A DNA stretch of 64,000 nucleotides. Origin: a virus (taxonomy: Duplodnaviria; Caudoviricetes). Each line of letters opens with the position of its first letter. Position 1 is the stretch's first letter. The stretch spans positions 32,001 to 96,000 of the IMG/VR virus record IMGVR_UViG_3300050336_000170. The stretch is one strand, 5' to 3'. The position numbers were made by a program, and so were the translations under genes. Positions 1 through 11,697 of this stretch are shown in pieces. A model generated the notes under the pieces. That model ran no database searches, was not told the DNA's origin, and worked only from the letters and a program-made list of their open reading frames with translations.

Positions 1-92
1 GCACCCGATATAGTTGATTGATTTTCATCCATTAGTTCATTAGAACGTTTTTGTAATACCTTTTCTAAGGCATCTGCGTCTATTAATCTCAT
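1..92 (-). CDS. Partial phage hypothetical protein (MRLIDADAL...), runs off window edge
   Basis: ATG at 92 with AGAAAGGAAA RBS; MRLIDAD start is common in Firmicute phage proteins. Confidence 0.6.
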   Translation of the reverse strand, partial: MRLIDADALEKVLQKRSNELMDENQSTISG

Positions 93-401
93 TTTTTCCT
101 TTCTTAGCCTACCAATCAGCTATTTTATTGTGTGTTTCTTTATTTGCTTTTTGTATATTAGAGGATAATTACTATCCTCTAATATTTATCGTTTTCTTTT
201 ACTTTTCTTCTCATGTTCTTTTTGATAAGTTTCCCAATCTTTTTCTTCAACAATATCGTAATGGTTTTCAAATAGCATTTTTTTAATGGCTTCTTTGGCC
301 TGTTCAGTAGTTTCATAAATTTCTCTTAAATACGATCTCAACGAAATACTCCATATTTTATACATTATTAACACCCCCATGATTTTGTATTATATCAAAT
401 A

Positions 402-1868
402 TTAGAACAACTTGCACCCACCTTCTCTATATTCAACCGATTTCTTTGAATATTCTTTTGATGTTATTTTATTTAATTCACAATAACATTTTTTACAAAG
501 TAATTCTCTATTATCATGAGAGCAATCTTCATATCGTCCATATGTCTTATAAAACATAGCAAGTTCTGTTGGATTCATTTTCTTTCCACATTTACATCTT
601 TTATTAAAGTATTTAGCAGCCATATTTTCAGATATTCCTTTAATATCTGCTAACTCTTTAATACGTTCTTTTGTTGGTGATTTATTTATCAATTCATACT
701 CTTTGCTTATACCAGTTTTCCATTTTCCATTTATGTATTCTTGCAAAGTCCATTTAAGATTAATCAATATATGTTGTATTTCATAACTTTTTGTAAGAAT
801 ATCAATCCATCGACTCCATAATGAAGGATAATATCTTTCAATTAGCAAATCAATATAATCTGATTGATATGGGCATATTAAGCATCCACAACGATTGAAT
901 CCATAATTATATTGATTATTGTAAACTAATTGATTATATAATATATGTAGCCATATATCCTCGTCTTTCCATTCTACGGCAGGAGCAAATCGAGTCCAAT
1001 TTTCTGGCATATTATCGCTACCATATTGTTCTAATTGCCATTTATGATCCATTATATAATCAAAATTAGCCCTTTTAGCACTTTCGTATTTCCTAACTCC
1101 TAAAACCATCGTAAGATTTAGATTCTTATCATATACTTTATTTATTTGTCCTTCTTTATATGTTGAACAACAATTTCTCATCAATGCAGTTGGTACTAAA
1201 TAATTCTTTATTTTAATTATCCAAGGATAAAACCCAATTTTTGGATTAACTATTCTAAGATTTATATCATATGTATCGTTTAGAATACGCTTTAATGTTT
1301 TTATTAACTTGTAGGTTTCTGCTGTATCATTAGATGTATTACAAAAATATGATTCCCATTTTGGTTTTGTATCTAGTTTTTCTAGTGCTTTGAGCCATAA
1401 ATACAAAATTACTGTAGAATCCTTACCTCCAGAATGAGCAACAGCATAATATTGATCTGGATTATCTTTTATGTATCTTACAATTCTTTCTATTGAATTA
1501 TTTTCAAGGGTTTGAATTCTATTTAAATTTAAACTTATTAATTCTGATATCTTTTTTTGTTGATTAATGTCAAGTTTATTGAAGTTATTTTTAGTGATTT
1601 TAATTTCTTTATTTTCTACTTTAAACTGAAGTAAAGGTGTTGTTTGAGTAAAATCAAGATATATTTTTGAACCATTTCGCCAACATTCTGTAGGTAAATC
1701 TATTCCTGTTTTCTCTTTAAAAAACTGCCTCTCTTTTTCAAATATCGGCTTAAATCCTATTTTTGTCTCCTTCTTTCTGTTATTTATTTCTCTTACAAGC
1801 TTCAAACCATTCGACAATACCAAAACGATATATAACGTCCGCTGTTCTAATGACATCATCAGTATCAT
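402..1868 (-). CDS. PAPS reductase / DndC-like PP-loop protein with C-terminal Cys cluster
   Basis: SGGKDS PP-loop, RNCC, GVRxxESxKR, RCGCLICP motifs; true start may be downstream of 1868. Confidence 0.85.
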   Translation of the reverse strand: MILMMSLEQRTLYIVLVLSNGLKLVREINNRKKETKIGFKPIFEKERQFFKEKTGIDLPTECWRNGSKIYLDFTQTTPLLQFKVENKEIKITKNNFNKLDINQQKKISELISLNLNRIQTLENNSIERIVRYIKDNPDQYYAVAHSGGKDSTVILYLWLKALEKLDTKPKWESYFCNTSNDTAETYKLIKTLKRILNDTYDINLRIVNPKIGFYPWIIKIKNYLVPTALMRNCCSTYKEGQINKVYDKNLNLTMVLGVRKYESAKRANFDYIMDHKWQLEQYGSDNMPENWTRFAPAVEWKDEDIWLHILYNQLVYNNQYNYGFNRCGCLICPYQSDYIDLLIERYYPSLWSRWIDILTKSYEIQHILINLKWTLQEYINGKWKTGISKEYELINKSPTKERIKELADIKGISENMAAKYFNKRCKCGKKMNPTELAMFYKTYGRYEDCSHDNRELLCKKCYCELNKITSKEYSKKSVEYREGGCKLF

Positions 1869-1954
1869 ATTTAGAAAATGTTTTCCTGGCTTCTAACTCA
1901 TCAATTTCGTATTCTCTCTATGACTTATAATTTATACCCAATGAAAATACTATT

Positions 1955-4900
1955 TTATTCACTTATATCTAGCGAATAACTATCATAATACTTCGACCAA
2001 TTTCTAAACTTAGTTAAACCACGCTGTCCTGTACTACCTCCGTTCTTATCGCTTACCATAATTAAAATATATTTAGGGTCTACTGGCAACCATCCATTAG
2101 GAATTAATGATAATAAAAAATCTTCATTTATGTTGTCTTCTGCTAGATATACATTTTCTATATTTTCGTTCATTTCGATTTCTTTAATAAGTTCGTGAAC
2201 ACCATAATGCCTATGCCTTAGTTGTATTTTCATAATTTCTTCCTCTCTTTCACCTGATAGAAACAGCATTTGATCTTGTTTAGCCCATATCATCTTCATC
2301 TACTTCAACAGCAAACTCATCGGCAAGTTCATATCCGTCAAAAATAAGACCAAACATCTTGTCAAACGCTTCAGTTAAATATGTGTCACCGTTTTCTTGA
2401 TTGCATTCCTCAACAATATGCTTTGCACAGAATTCCGCAAATTGCTTACTTCTACCACGCAGAATTTTCATATTGTAATTATCAGGACAGTTATTAAAAG
2501 CAAAAACAAGATTCTTAATAGGTATTTCAATTTTAAGCTTTTCGTTTGTTAAGATGCTGGTAAAACCAGAGTTTTCAAACTTATTCATTATCTTCCCCAT
2601 CGTCATCTGTGTCTTCTGGATCTTCACCTTCTTCATATTCATACATTGATTCTTCGTCACCTGTATAAACCTTAGTGCCACAGTTTTCACAAATGAATTC
2701 ATGGCACGAAAACAACGACAAATCTACAACTGGAATTCCGTTCTTTGGCTCAACAGAATAATCGGACACAAAACCATCATCAATAATTGTCTCTCCACAA
2801 AGAGGACATGTAACTGCCATAATAAAATTTACCATAATTAAAAATCCTTTCAATATGTTGTTATTATAATTTGTTTAATATACTATATGTAGTTGCTAAA
2901 TCACCATAGAATTGTTGATTTATTGGTTTTCAAAATAGTATTTTGCCAATACTTTAATTGCATCATTAATTTTTGATCTTTTGTCTTGACTATATGTATA
3001 ATGAAAGCCAGTTGTAAATTCTCCAATACTGATTTCTGTTGAACCATACGCAAAATGTTCACTATATAAAGTGCAATCATCGCACTGGTACAAAGATTCT
3101 TCTGTTCCATAACTACTTGCACTACGATATTTTTCTACTAAAGTTGCACCGCAAACAGGACAATTCATTTAATCACCTCTTTTATTTAAACCAATGAAAT
3201 CGGTCTTCTATCTGCTTTCAAATTCTCTACATAAATTATTAAATATAGTTTGGTCAAAAGCCTTGTTTTTATTTTTCTTAGTACAAGTCCATTCTTTATT
3301 GAACTGAGCATATGTAAGTTTTAAATATTTACATTTCCTACAAGTGTGATTAAATTCGCTCATGTTGTCTTATTACCTTTTTGTAATACTGGCGATCTTT
3401 CACACCAGTCAGCATCACATTTTTCACACGGTATATAGCCTCTCCTGATCTGAAAATCGACAATTGGATATTCAATACTCAAAGTAATTAGATACCATAG
3501 TGCTTTAAATACATTATTTGTCTGCCTATCAAATTCGTAGTCGCATGTTCCATTACGCATAAATCGAATTATATATTTACATCCCATAATTAATTTCCTT
3601 TCACTATGAAATAGTTCTTTTATTTGCTTACAATATTATTTCCTTAAACTCTGGTAATTCTTCATGCACAACTATACCTCTTACGATAGGTGTTTCAGAT
3701 AAATATATTTTTCTTAATGCGGCATTTTCAACTGATTCCTTTGCAATTTTCAAAGCATTCTTAATTGTAGTTGTACTTCCCCATGTTGACCAACAATAAC
3801 CAGTATCATCACTATAAAGCCATCCTAATTTATAATCATCTTTACAAAACTTTGCATCCTTTTGTTTTGCAATAAGTAATGGAGCATATCCTCTCATTTA
3901 AAAGTTCTCCTTATAAATATTTATATCTAGTATCAATAAAAAGTTCTTCTTTAGGATATGGGATAGGTAAATTGTACATTTGTATATAACTTCCATAAGC
4001 ACCACTCCAACTTCCTGTTCCCCATAAATAAGGACTTCCATACCCGTTAAAATGTGTGATATGATATGCTGGTTTTTCACAACATTGCCAATGTGGAATT
4101 TTAAAACAATTATCTTTTGTAATATTTTTATGAATGTCTTTTAGACTCCAATGAAAATCACAAGCATTATTAATATCTTCCAATGTTTTTCCTTCATTAA
4201 GCAATTTGTTTGCAAGTTTTTCTCGATTATGTATTCTTTCACAATCCAATGCTAAATTTTCGATAGTAAACGCTTCTCCGCAATATTCACATATATACAT
4301 TTCTTTTTTTATCATATAATTCTCCTAATAAAATGGCTCTTTCATTTTGTATTATCAATATTCATTATAAATTCCAAAAGTGTACTTTGAGTTTGCTGAA
4401 TAACGTCAGCACAATTTTTTAATGCTTCATATAGTTCTTTTGTAGTGACTTGATGATTTGAAGGTATTTTATGTATTTCACTGATCCACTCTTCAGCCAA
4501 TCTTCGCTCGTCTGTACTAAGCCACTTCTGCCAAGCACCACAATCAGAACAATATAATCCTACCTGAGAACCATTTTCTTTTATAAAAAGTTCTGCACTT
4601 CCACATTTTCTACACGCAAATGTTTTTATTTTAATTCACCACCAGTAATAATTTTTATGTATGATAAATCATATCAGCTAATTTCTTTTTACAACTAGGA
4701 CATAGATTAACTTTACATTTGTCCAAGCTAACTTTAGGCATTAGAACATAACTCCCTAATCCACCTCTTGCATCTAACCACATAGGAAAGTCATATGTTT
4801 CTTCCGTTGCGTCATCACTTTTACAAATATTACATCTAAATATAATCATTTTTCACCATCAAATTTCACTTTCATCTGTTTTTATACTTCTTTGAGTGGA

Positions 4901-5085
4901 CACCAGCTAGGTCTAACATATGCTTTATTTCCACTTTCAACTTTTTGCATTTCAAGTACTTTGTTTGTTATAGAGCAAATTCTATTATAGCTATATTGAC
5001 CTTCTAAATAACTCAATTTACATTTTGCACAGTTATCTGGAATTCTCTTTAATTTCGTTTCTGCAATAATCATATTCCTCACCAA
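1955..5085 (-). other. Cluster of short hypothetical phage CDSs, several Zn-ribbon (e.g. 2581..2853, 2920..3168, 3911..4315, 4655..4849)
   Basis: Tightly packed minus-strand ORFs with SD sequences and CxxC pairs. Confidence 0.65.
4342..4629 (-). CDS. Zn-ribbon protein missed by ORF track (IKTFACRKCGS...YCSDCGAWQKWL), probable ATA start
   Basis: Open frame, GGTGGTGA SD about 7 nt upstream of ATA, in-frame stop just upstream, two CxxC. Confidence 0.6.
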   Translation of the reverse strand: MKTFACRKCGSAELFIKENGSQVGLYCSDCGAWQKWLSTDERRLAEEWISEIHKIPSNHQVTTKELYEALKNCADVIQQTQSTLLEFIMNIDNTK

Positions 5086-5094
5086 ATCTTACTT

Positions 5095-5976
5095 TTATCG
5101 ATTGTGTTCTTTCATCCATTGCTGAACATACCATAGCTGTCCACAACCACCACCTATGTCATCTTGACCATCAGGGTTAAATACCCTTGTATTGTATCCA
5201 TGCTCAATAAAGTACTGCGTGAACTTATTTATCTCGTCTAAATTCTTATATCCTGCATCCTTCATGGTTTCATCAGCACTACAGACTACGCTAAAAGTAA
5301 AATTAAAAACAGCAGGAGAAAACATCATATATAATTTCAAGAAGTCTCCATGTTTATTGTTTATTCCATCAATACAATAGTTAAGGTAAGGTTTACGTCC
5401 AGTCTCTTTCCACCACATCATACCTGCGTCTCTCAACTTGTATAAACTCATTTTGTTTTTAAATGGAATAAGCTTATCTCTATCAAAATCATTTGATTTA
5501 TGTATTGAGAACTGTAATCCGACCTTATCTATATCTTTTGATAATTGAATTATTCCTCTGTATGCCACATCATCATCAACACCAATTGTTGATAGTAGAA
5601 GCTCTGCATTAGGGTACAAAGTATGTAATCTTCTAACAGCCTCTTCAACATTGTCCCAATTAAGCATAGGTTCTCCCATGCTCATGAACATGATCTGGAA
5701 TCGCTTCCCTCTTGAATTGACATTTTCGATATCTTTATCGTATAGGACTGTTTTGATTTGATCCACAATTTCTTCATCAGTCAAATTTCTAATGAATCGT
5801 TTTCCTGTACCACAAAAACTACATCCTACAGGGCAACCGCTCTGTGTAGAACAACAGATAACTGTTCTTTCATAGTAATCGCCGTATTTATATAATACTG
5901 TCTCAGCAACATAATCATTTTCTGCGAACACATACTTAGATACATTACCTTCGATACTTTCAAATACTTTAAACAT
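5095..5976 (-). CDS. RlmN/Cfr-family (class A) radical SAM RNA methyltransferase-like protein
   Basis: CSTQSGCPVGCSFC (CX3CX2C), MSMGEP, DDIGGGCGQL; shorter N-terminus than typical RlmN. Confidence 0.85.
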   Translation of the reverse strand: MFKVFESIEGNVSKYVFAENDYVAETVLYKYGDYYERTVICCSTQSGCPVGCSFCGTGKRFIRNLTDEEIVDQIKTVLYDKDIENVNSRGKRFQIMFMSMGEPMLNWDNVEEAVRRLHTLYPNAELLLSTIGVDDDVAYRGIIQLSKDIDKVGLQFSIHKSNDFDRDKLIPFKNKMSLYKLRDAGMMWWKETGRKPYLNYCIDGINNKHGDFLKLYMMFSPAVFNFTFSVVCSADETMKDAGYKNLDEINKFTQYFIEHGYNTRVFNPDGQDDIGGGCGQLWYVQQWMKEHNR

Positions 5977-7817
5977 TATTACTCCTTATAAAATAGCCAT
6001 TCTATCAATTACACTCTTCATTTTCTTCAAGCATCTTTGTGTATTTATCAATTGCGATTTTTAATTGTGATCTATGAATTTCAACATACTGTCTATAATA
6101 TTGAGTGTCCTCTTTTAATAATCTTTCTTCTGCATATTTTAGATTTCGTTTTAAATTTCTAATTTCATCAATAATATAGTTTTCCAAAGGCTTAGTATTA
6201 AACTCTATTGTATAATTTGTTTGCCTAACAAAATGTCTTTCACAATTTCCGCAATAATCTTCCTGCCAATCATCCTGACCTCCGTAATCTTCAGCTTCTA
6301 CGTAATTTTTATGTCCACAATACGGACATACAGCTTCAGACTCATAGGAACAAGCTAAATCATCGTATTCTTTTGGTTTAAGCTTTTCTAAATCTATTGC
6401 CATTTTCTATTTTCCTTTCTTAATTCACTATGAAATAATCTTTCTATCGGTTTTTTATCTTGTCAATAATTTTTAATATTGCAATCAAATCTGCTTCATA
6501 TTCTGATATAGTTTCTGCACATGCTTCAATATAAAACTCTTTACTATTTATGTTGTGAGTCTTATACCAAAGCAAATCTTCTCTTTGTTCGTTTATTTTC
6601 TCTTGTATATAATTCTTTTCCTTAGTCAAACTTGCATGAATATATCTTAATTCTTCGTTATCAAATTCCATATAGATTATTCCTTTCATATATATTTCCA
6701 ATCCTTAAACAGATTATTGATTTTGCCCATACACTCTTTTCTTCTGTTCCATTCCTTTTTACCATGTAGTAATATTCCTAATTCATTTACAGCTTCTTTA
6801 TCATTACTATAACCTACCATATCTAGATGTCTTTGTAATTCTATTATCCTACTATATTTGTTTTGTTTTCGATTAGATAATGAAGCAATAATAGCAACTA
6901 ATAGACAACCTATACCGATTCCTACTATACTACTAACTATTTGTAATATAATGTGATTCACAATATCACTTCCTTATAAAATATCATTTTCATTGCCACC
7001 ACAATGTATAGCTATACTTCGCACCTACTAGACCACCAGTGAATTGAATATCGTTATCTTTCAACCAGCTCCAGACATCTCCTGAATTAAAAATTATAGG
7101 ATAATCGTTCTTAAAATCGCAGATGTCTACAATATCCTTACCATTAAAAGCTGTCTCATATAACAATTTTTGTAGTTTGTTATATTCCAGTCTTGTTTTT
7201 ACTGTTTTTGTTATGTTTTTTAACTCTTCTCCTAGTTTCAATTTTATACCTCCTAATGAAATGCAAGATTGGTTTATTAAATTTCTACTTCAAAATCTTC
7301 TACTTCTTCTGTACTAACCAGATCAGATTCTCCGTATGCAAAATCATCATCTTGCCATTTTTGTTCTGCTTCTTCTTCATTATCAGCCTCTACATAGTAG
7401 AACGAATTTACTGTGAGCTTATATTTTTTCATTTATATATTTCCTTTCATACAATAAAATATTTATTACTTTCTTTTGCCTTCACTACAATATTTCATAA
7501 TACGGTTTACTGAGTATCCACTATCAGTCCAATCTGATTTTAAAGCGCATGGACAATTTTTATCATATTGGTATTGACACTCAACACAATATACAATATT
7601 TTGTGCTTTTATGATTAATTCTTCGATATCTTCAAATTCACCTAATGATTTATATTGAGCTAATTCTAGTATATTAACAAATCTTTCTGCATCTTCAATA
7701 ACAACTGGTTCAGTCCATCCGCATTGTCTACATATGTTACTATGAAAGTATGGATCATATGAAGCTGTTCTGTGGCATATTGGACAAGTCATATTTTGCA
7801 TCTCCTTAAATCTGTAT

Positions 7818-7846
7818 TTGACATATGTATAAAATAAATCTATAAT
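7818..7846 (+). promoter_or_regulatory. Consensus sigma-A promoter
   Basis: TTGACA-17 bp-TATAAT. Confidence 0.8.
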
Positions 7847-7906
7847 GTGTATACTTCTAATATTCTCAATGATATAACTTACTTAACGAAAGGAATGAAT
7901 AATAAT

Positions 7907-8191
7907 ATGGCAAAAGGTAAAACTCCGTCAACCAAAGACACTATTGTAGAAAAAGTAGGTAGAAAATTTAGACCCCTCCCAGAGCGTCTTGCTGAAATAG
8001 ATAAGAAGATTAAATTTCATCAAGACACAATTGATCGTCTTAACACCAAAAAAGCAAAAATGATTAAAAATGCTACTAATGAAAAAGAGCAAATCAAAAC
8101 GCTGAAAGAGAAGCTTGAGGCAAAAGGCATGAGCATAGAAGACTTGCTCAAGAAGATTGATGAAACGCCTGTTACAATAGTATCCGAATAA
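7907..8191 (+). CDS. Basic coiled-coil protein (moron-like, opposite to surrounding genes)
   Basis: GAAAGGA SD, ATG at 7907, own promoter and terminator. Confidence 0.75.
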   Translation: MAKGKTPSTKDTIVEKVGRKFRPLPERLAEIDKKIKFHQDTIDRLNTKKAKMIKNATNEKEQIKTLKEKLEAKGMSIEDLLKKIDETPVTIVSE

Positions 8192-8200
8192 TATGTATTT

Positions 8201-8232
8201 GAGCTTGTGGCAACACAGGCTCTTTACTTTTT
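8201..8232. terminator. Intrinsic terminator between convergent genes
   Basis: GAGCTTGTG-GCAA-CACAGGCTC followed by T-rich run. Confidence 0.65.
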
Positions 8233-10124
8233 ATTTCCGAAATAAGTACCAACAGCACATCCAATTGGTGCAACCATGATAAATACAACTAGACAGGATA
8301 CATCCATGTATACTATGCTACTTTTATCAAAGTACATCCAGAATGCACCTACAATTGCGCCACTAAACAATGCTATATACGAACTGCTTAATATATTCTT
8401 TTTAAGTGCTTGAAAGTATTTTTTCATAATCTTTACTCCTTTCCTGATGAATCTCACAATTGGTTGTGAAATATTGCAATCCTACGGTCATTTAAATAAA
8501 ACCAACAACCGTCATATTTCATTCCTTTTTCGTCTACATAATAAGCAGCACCATTTGGGTGTAATCCAAACTTATCTTTCAAACCACGTATAATTGCAAT
8601 AAATTTAGTGTGTTTCGATCCTCGTTGTTCTAATTCAACGAATAACTTCCAAACTTCTTCTAAAACCTGATTTACTAAAAAATAATATTCTGTTCTCATC
8701 AATTCCCCTAATCAAAATAATCTTTTATTTGTTAATCAAAATCATCAGACGCAGTACATCTAACGGCTTTGCACTTGTTACATCTGTATATTTTGCTTAC
8801 ATATGTAATTTCAATTGATTCATTTATAAATTCCCACTCATGGTCACATTGATTATATATAATTGCTTCTTCGAAACCTTGCATAATCTCGTCATAATGT
8901 TTACTCATATTAAATTCCTCATTATATCTATTGATTTATTACCTTTTAATCACAGAAATCGTCTTCATCAAACACTATATTTATTTTAATTCCAGTGTTT
9001 TCATCGTGTTCATCTTCATTATCTATACGATCATAGATGTCGTTTATATTTTCAATAAGAAATATGTTATCTAATTGTATAACCAGATATTCATCACTAA
9101 ACCAATGTTTCATTTTCACAAATAGGTTCTTCCTCACCAAACGCGCAATTTATCGACATAACAAGCTTTTAAGTTTTGGGATTTCTTTAAGTTCCCAAGA
9201 ACAATTTCGGTGCTCTATTGCTTCTATCTCTTTTAAGACGTATTCTTTTGCTTTCTCTACAGTCTGTTTCCATGTATAAGGATAATTTAATATTTGGATT
9301 CCGTATTCACAGACTGGCAGTTTTCTTAAAATTGCACTCGCTACTCTCAAAGCCGTTTGATAATCATATGTATATTTTGTGTCACCATAATACTCAACTA
9401 ATCTAGTAGGTACATAATCAACACCATCGTTAATACAATATGAATACTCAAGGTTATCCACAGCTTGCATATGCAATACTCTATATTGATCTTTAAACTT
9501 CATAATATATACGCCGTTATCTGCACTCATGGAATTAAGCCTCCTTATCAAATCTACATTTGCTTGTGATTTGTTTTATATATTTTATATATGTCAGTCC
9601 AACCACCACGTACCGACACGCCTACTCCTGAATATTATGTAGGATACCTCTTGCCTTTTAACCATGCAGACAAATCGTAGTGTTTATTAATAAGACAATC
9701 ATATTTATCACTCAATTTATGATTGAATTTACCGCTATTCCCCACTGTTATTCACGATATGCCCCAACATGTAGTTGCCTTTCGGCATTAAATGTAGTGT
9801 GGTAAGGCAAATGAAATTAGATATTTATTTACTTAATGATAATCCATATTCGGAAAAATCTCGTATTTCTTTTATGTAAGTATATAATATTGTATCTGAT
9901 TCAAGCCCATCACAACTATCGGCTATGCTTAATATAAACTCCAACACATCTTGCTTTGTTTGCAACTGATCTTTAACTTCTTTACATATGTTCATATCTT
10001 TATTTCTCCTGTTTATTATTAAATGGTAGCCACCTGTTCATGACCAACTACCGCTTCGTGTACTTAGAAGCATATTTATACAGGATTGTCTGGGACACAT
10101 TGTAAAGAGGTGCGACAGGTCTAT

Positions 10125-10211
10125 TGGTGTCGGTGATGCGACTCCAACGCATAAGATCATTTGATCACGGTATTTTAAGTACCGATTGTCTAGCAGTTCC
10201 AACACACCGAC
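10125..10211 (-). tRNA. tRNA-Leu(TAA)
   Basis: GTCGGTG/CACCGAC acceptor stem, CGGTA-CTTAAAA-TACCG anticodon arm, long variable arm, encoded ACCA. Confidence 0.85.
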
Positions 10212-10285
10212 TGGCAGCGATATACTTAGTTGAAAAGTATCCTTGAGAGTCAAATTCTCACATGCTTCCGTTACACCATATCGCC
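10212..10285 (-). tRNA. tRNA-Gln(TTG)
   Basis: GGCGATA/TATCGCT acceptor stem, TGAGA-ATTTGAC-TCTCA, TACTT-TTCAACT-AAGTA T-arm, GCCA end. Confidence 0.85.
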
Positions 10286-10289
10286 ATAT

Positions 10290-10363
10290 TGGTGACTCAT
10301 GAAGGTTACGCTCCTTCGTCTACTGATTAAAAGTCAGTTGCTTTACTATTAAGCTAATGAGCC
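10290..10363 (-). tRNA. tRNA-Lys(TTT) with atypical T-loop
   Basis: GGCTCAT/ATGAGTC acceptor stem, ACTGA-CTTTTAA-TCAGT, GAAGG-AGCGTAA-CCTTC, ACCA end. Confidence 0.8.
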
Positions 10364-10950
10364 ATATGTAATTAGCCTATACCCTACCCTCCCTATTCTC
10401 TTTCCCCTGAGTTATTACAAGCAGTCCATCCCAGACCTTCAGCGTCCTTGCTTGCCCCTTATGTAAATGAAATATTGAATCTATCTACCGTTACAAAAGC
10501 TACACCTACTAATAACTTCTCCATTATCATAAAATTCTACTAGTTTTCCGAAAAATATCTCAGGATGATTCCAATTATAATCATGATATTTTTGGTTCCC
10601 CTCTTGTGTATAATAAAATTCCTGTTCATATTCTCCATCTGGATCACGTTTAAGTTCAATCATTAACTTTATAATACCGTTTTCAAGCGGAAGCCATTTT
10701 GTCATTTCCTATACCTCCAGATAAAAGCTAGATTTTATCATTATTTTTACTGTTACTTTTATTTAAGTTATGTATATAGTTTTCCAATTGCTCACACTTG
10801 TCTTTGCCACAACATTCTTTTTTGCTACACATTGGACATATAACTAACATAGCTAATCTTAAAGCATTCTTATGTGTCATGTATTTTCTATCCCGTTTTC
10901 TTTTCAAACAATTCATTAAGTATTCTAGGAGCATATTGTTGATTTTCAAC

Positions 10951-11511
10951 TCACATAACCCTACTCATAACTCTACCATTTACAAAATCCTCAATCTTTG
11001 ATTCTAAGAATATGTTGACCATTATAGAATCATTTTTTAATTGTCTCCTATGCACCCTACAATCATGATACTGTTTAGCCATTTTATAACCCTCACTACC
11101 TCCAAACTTATCAGTAAACTCAATGTAGTGTTCTAGATCACATTTTTCCTTTTCTACTCTATCTAGTAATTGTGGTAATTTGTTTTTATACTTTATAAGA
11201 TTAGTATAGAATATTTCAAATTCCTTACACATTAAAATCCAATCATAATCACCATTATCAAATACTGTTTCTGATTCAGTATCGGGAGTATCCTGTGCTT
11301 TGATTTCAATAACTTTCATTACTATGTATTTTTCTAATTTCAGATTCGTTCTATCTCTTGGTGATATCGAATTATTAATAATATTCTGTCCACCATCATA
11401 AGAAAATTTATCTGCCTTAATCTTATCATTAGTCTTAGACCATCTACCTACTTTATCTTTATACAAATATGTGTTACCATCAGTAATCACATAGCTATCT
11501 TCGTCAGTCAT
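10951..11511 (-). CDS. Hypothetical protein, first gene after a strong leftward promoter
   Basis: GGTGGTGA SD; 186-aa ORF. Confidence 0.7.
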   Translation of the reverse strand: MTDEDSYVITDGNTYLYKDKVGRWSKTNDKIKADKFSYDGGQNIINNSISPRDRTNLKLEKYIVMKVIEIKAQDTPDTESETVFDNGDYDWILMCKEFEIFYTNLIKYKNKLPQLLDRVEKEKCDLEHYIEFTDKFGGSEGYKMAKQYHDCRVHRRQLKNDSIMVNIFLESKIEDFVNGRVMSRVM

Positions 11512-11591
11512 TAATTCACCACCAGTTTATTTATAATAGCATTAATCAATTAAATACTCAATGTTTTTATTTTATTTAACTTATTAATGAT

Positions 11592-11620
11592 ATTATACAA
11601 GACATTTCCAATAATGTCAA
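11592..11620 (-). promoter_or_regulatory. Consensus leftward sigma-A promoter
   Basis: TTGACA-17 bp-TATAAT on minus strand. Confidence 0.8.
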
Positions 11621-11697
11621 CACTTTTTTAATTATTTTATTTGATTAGTAATTATGTATTTCAAAGGACAACGCTATCTTGCCCCTTGAAATTTGTT

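Noticed and set aside
10038-10253. 71-aa ORF
   Set aside because: Overlaps tRNA-Leu and tRNA-Gln genes.
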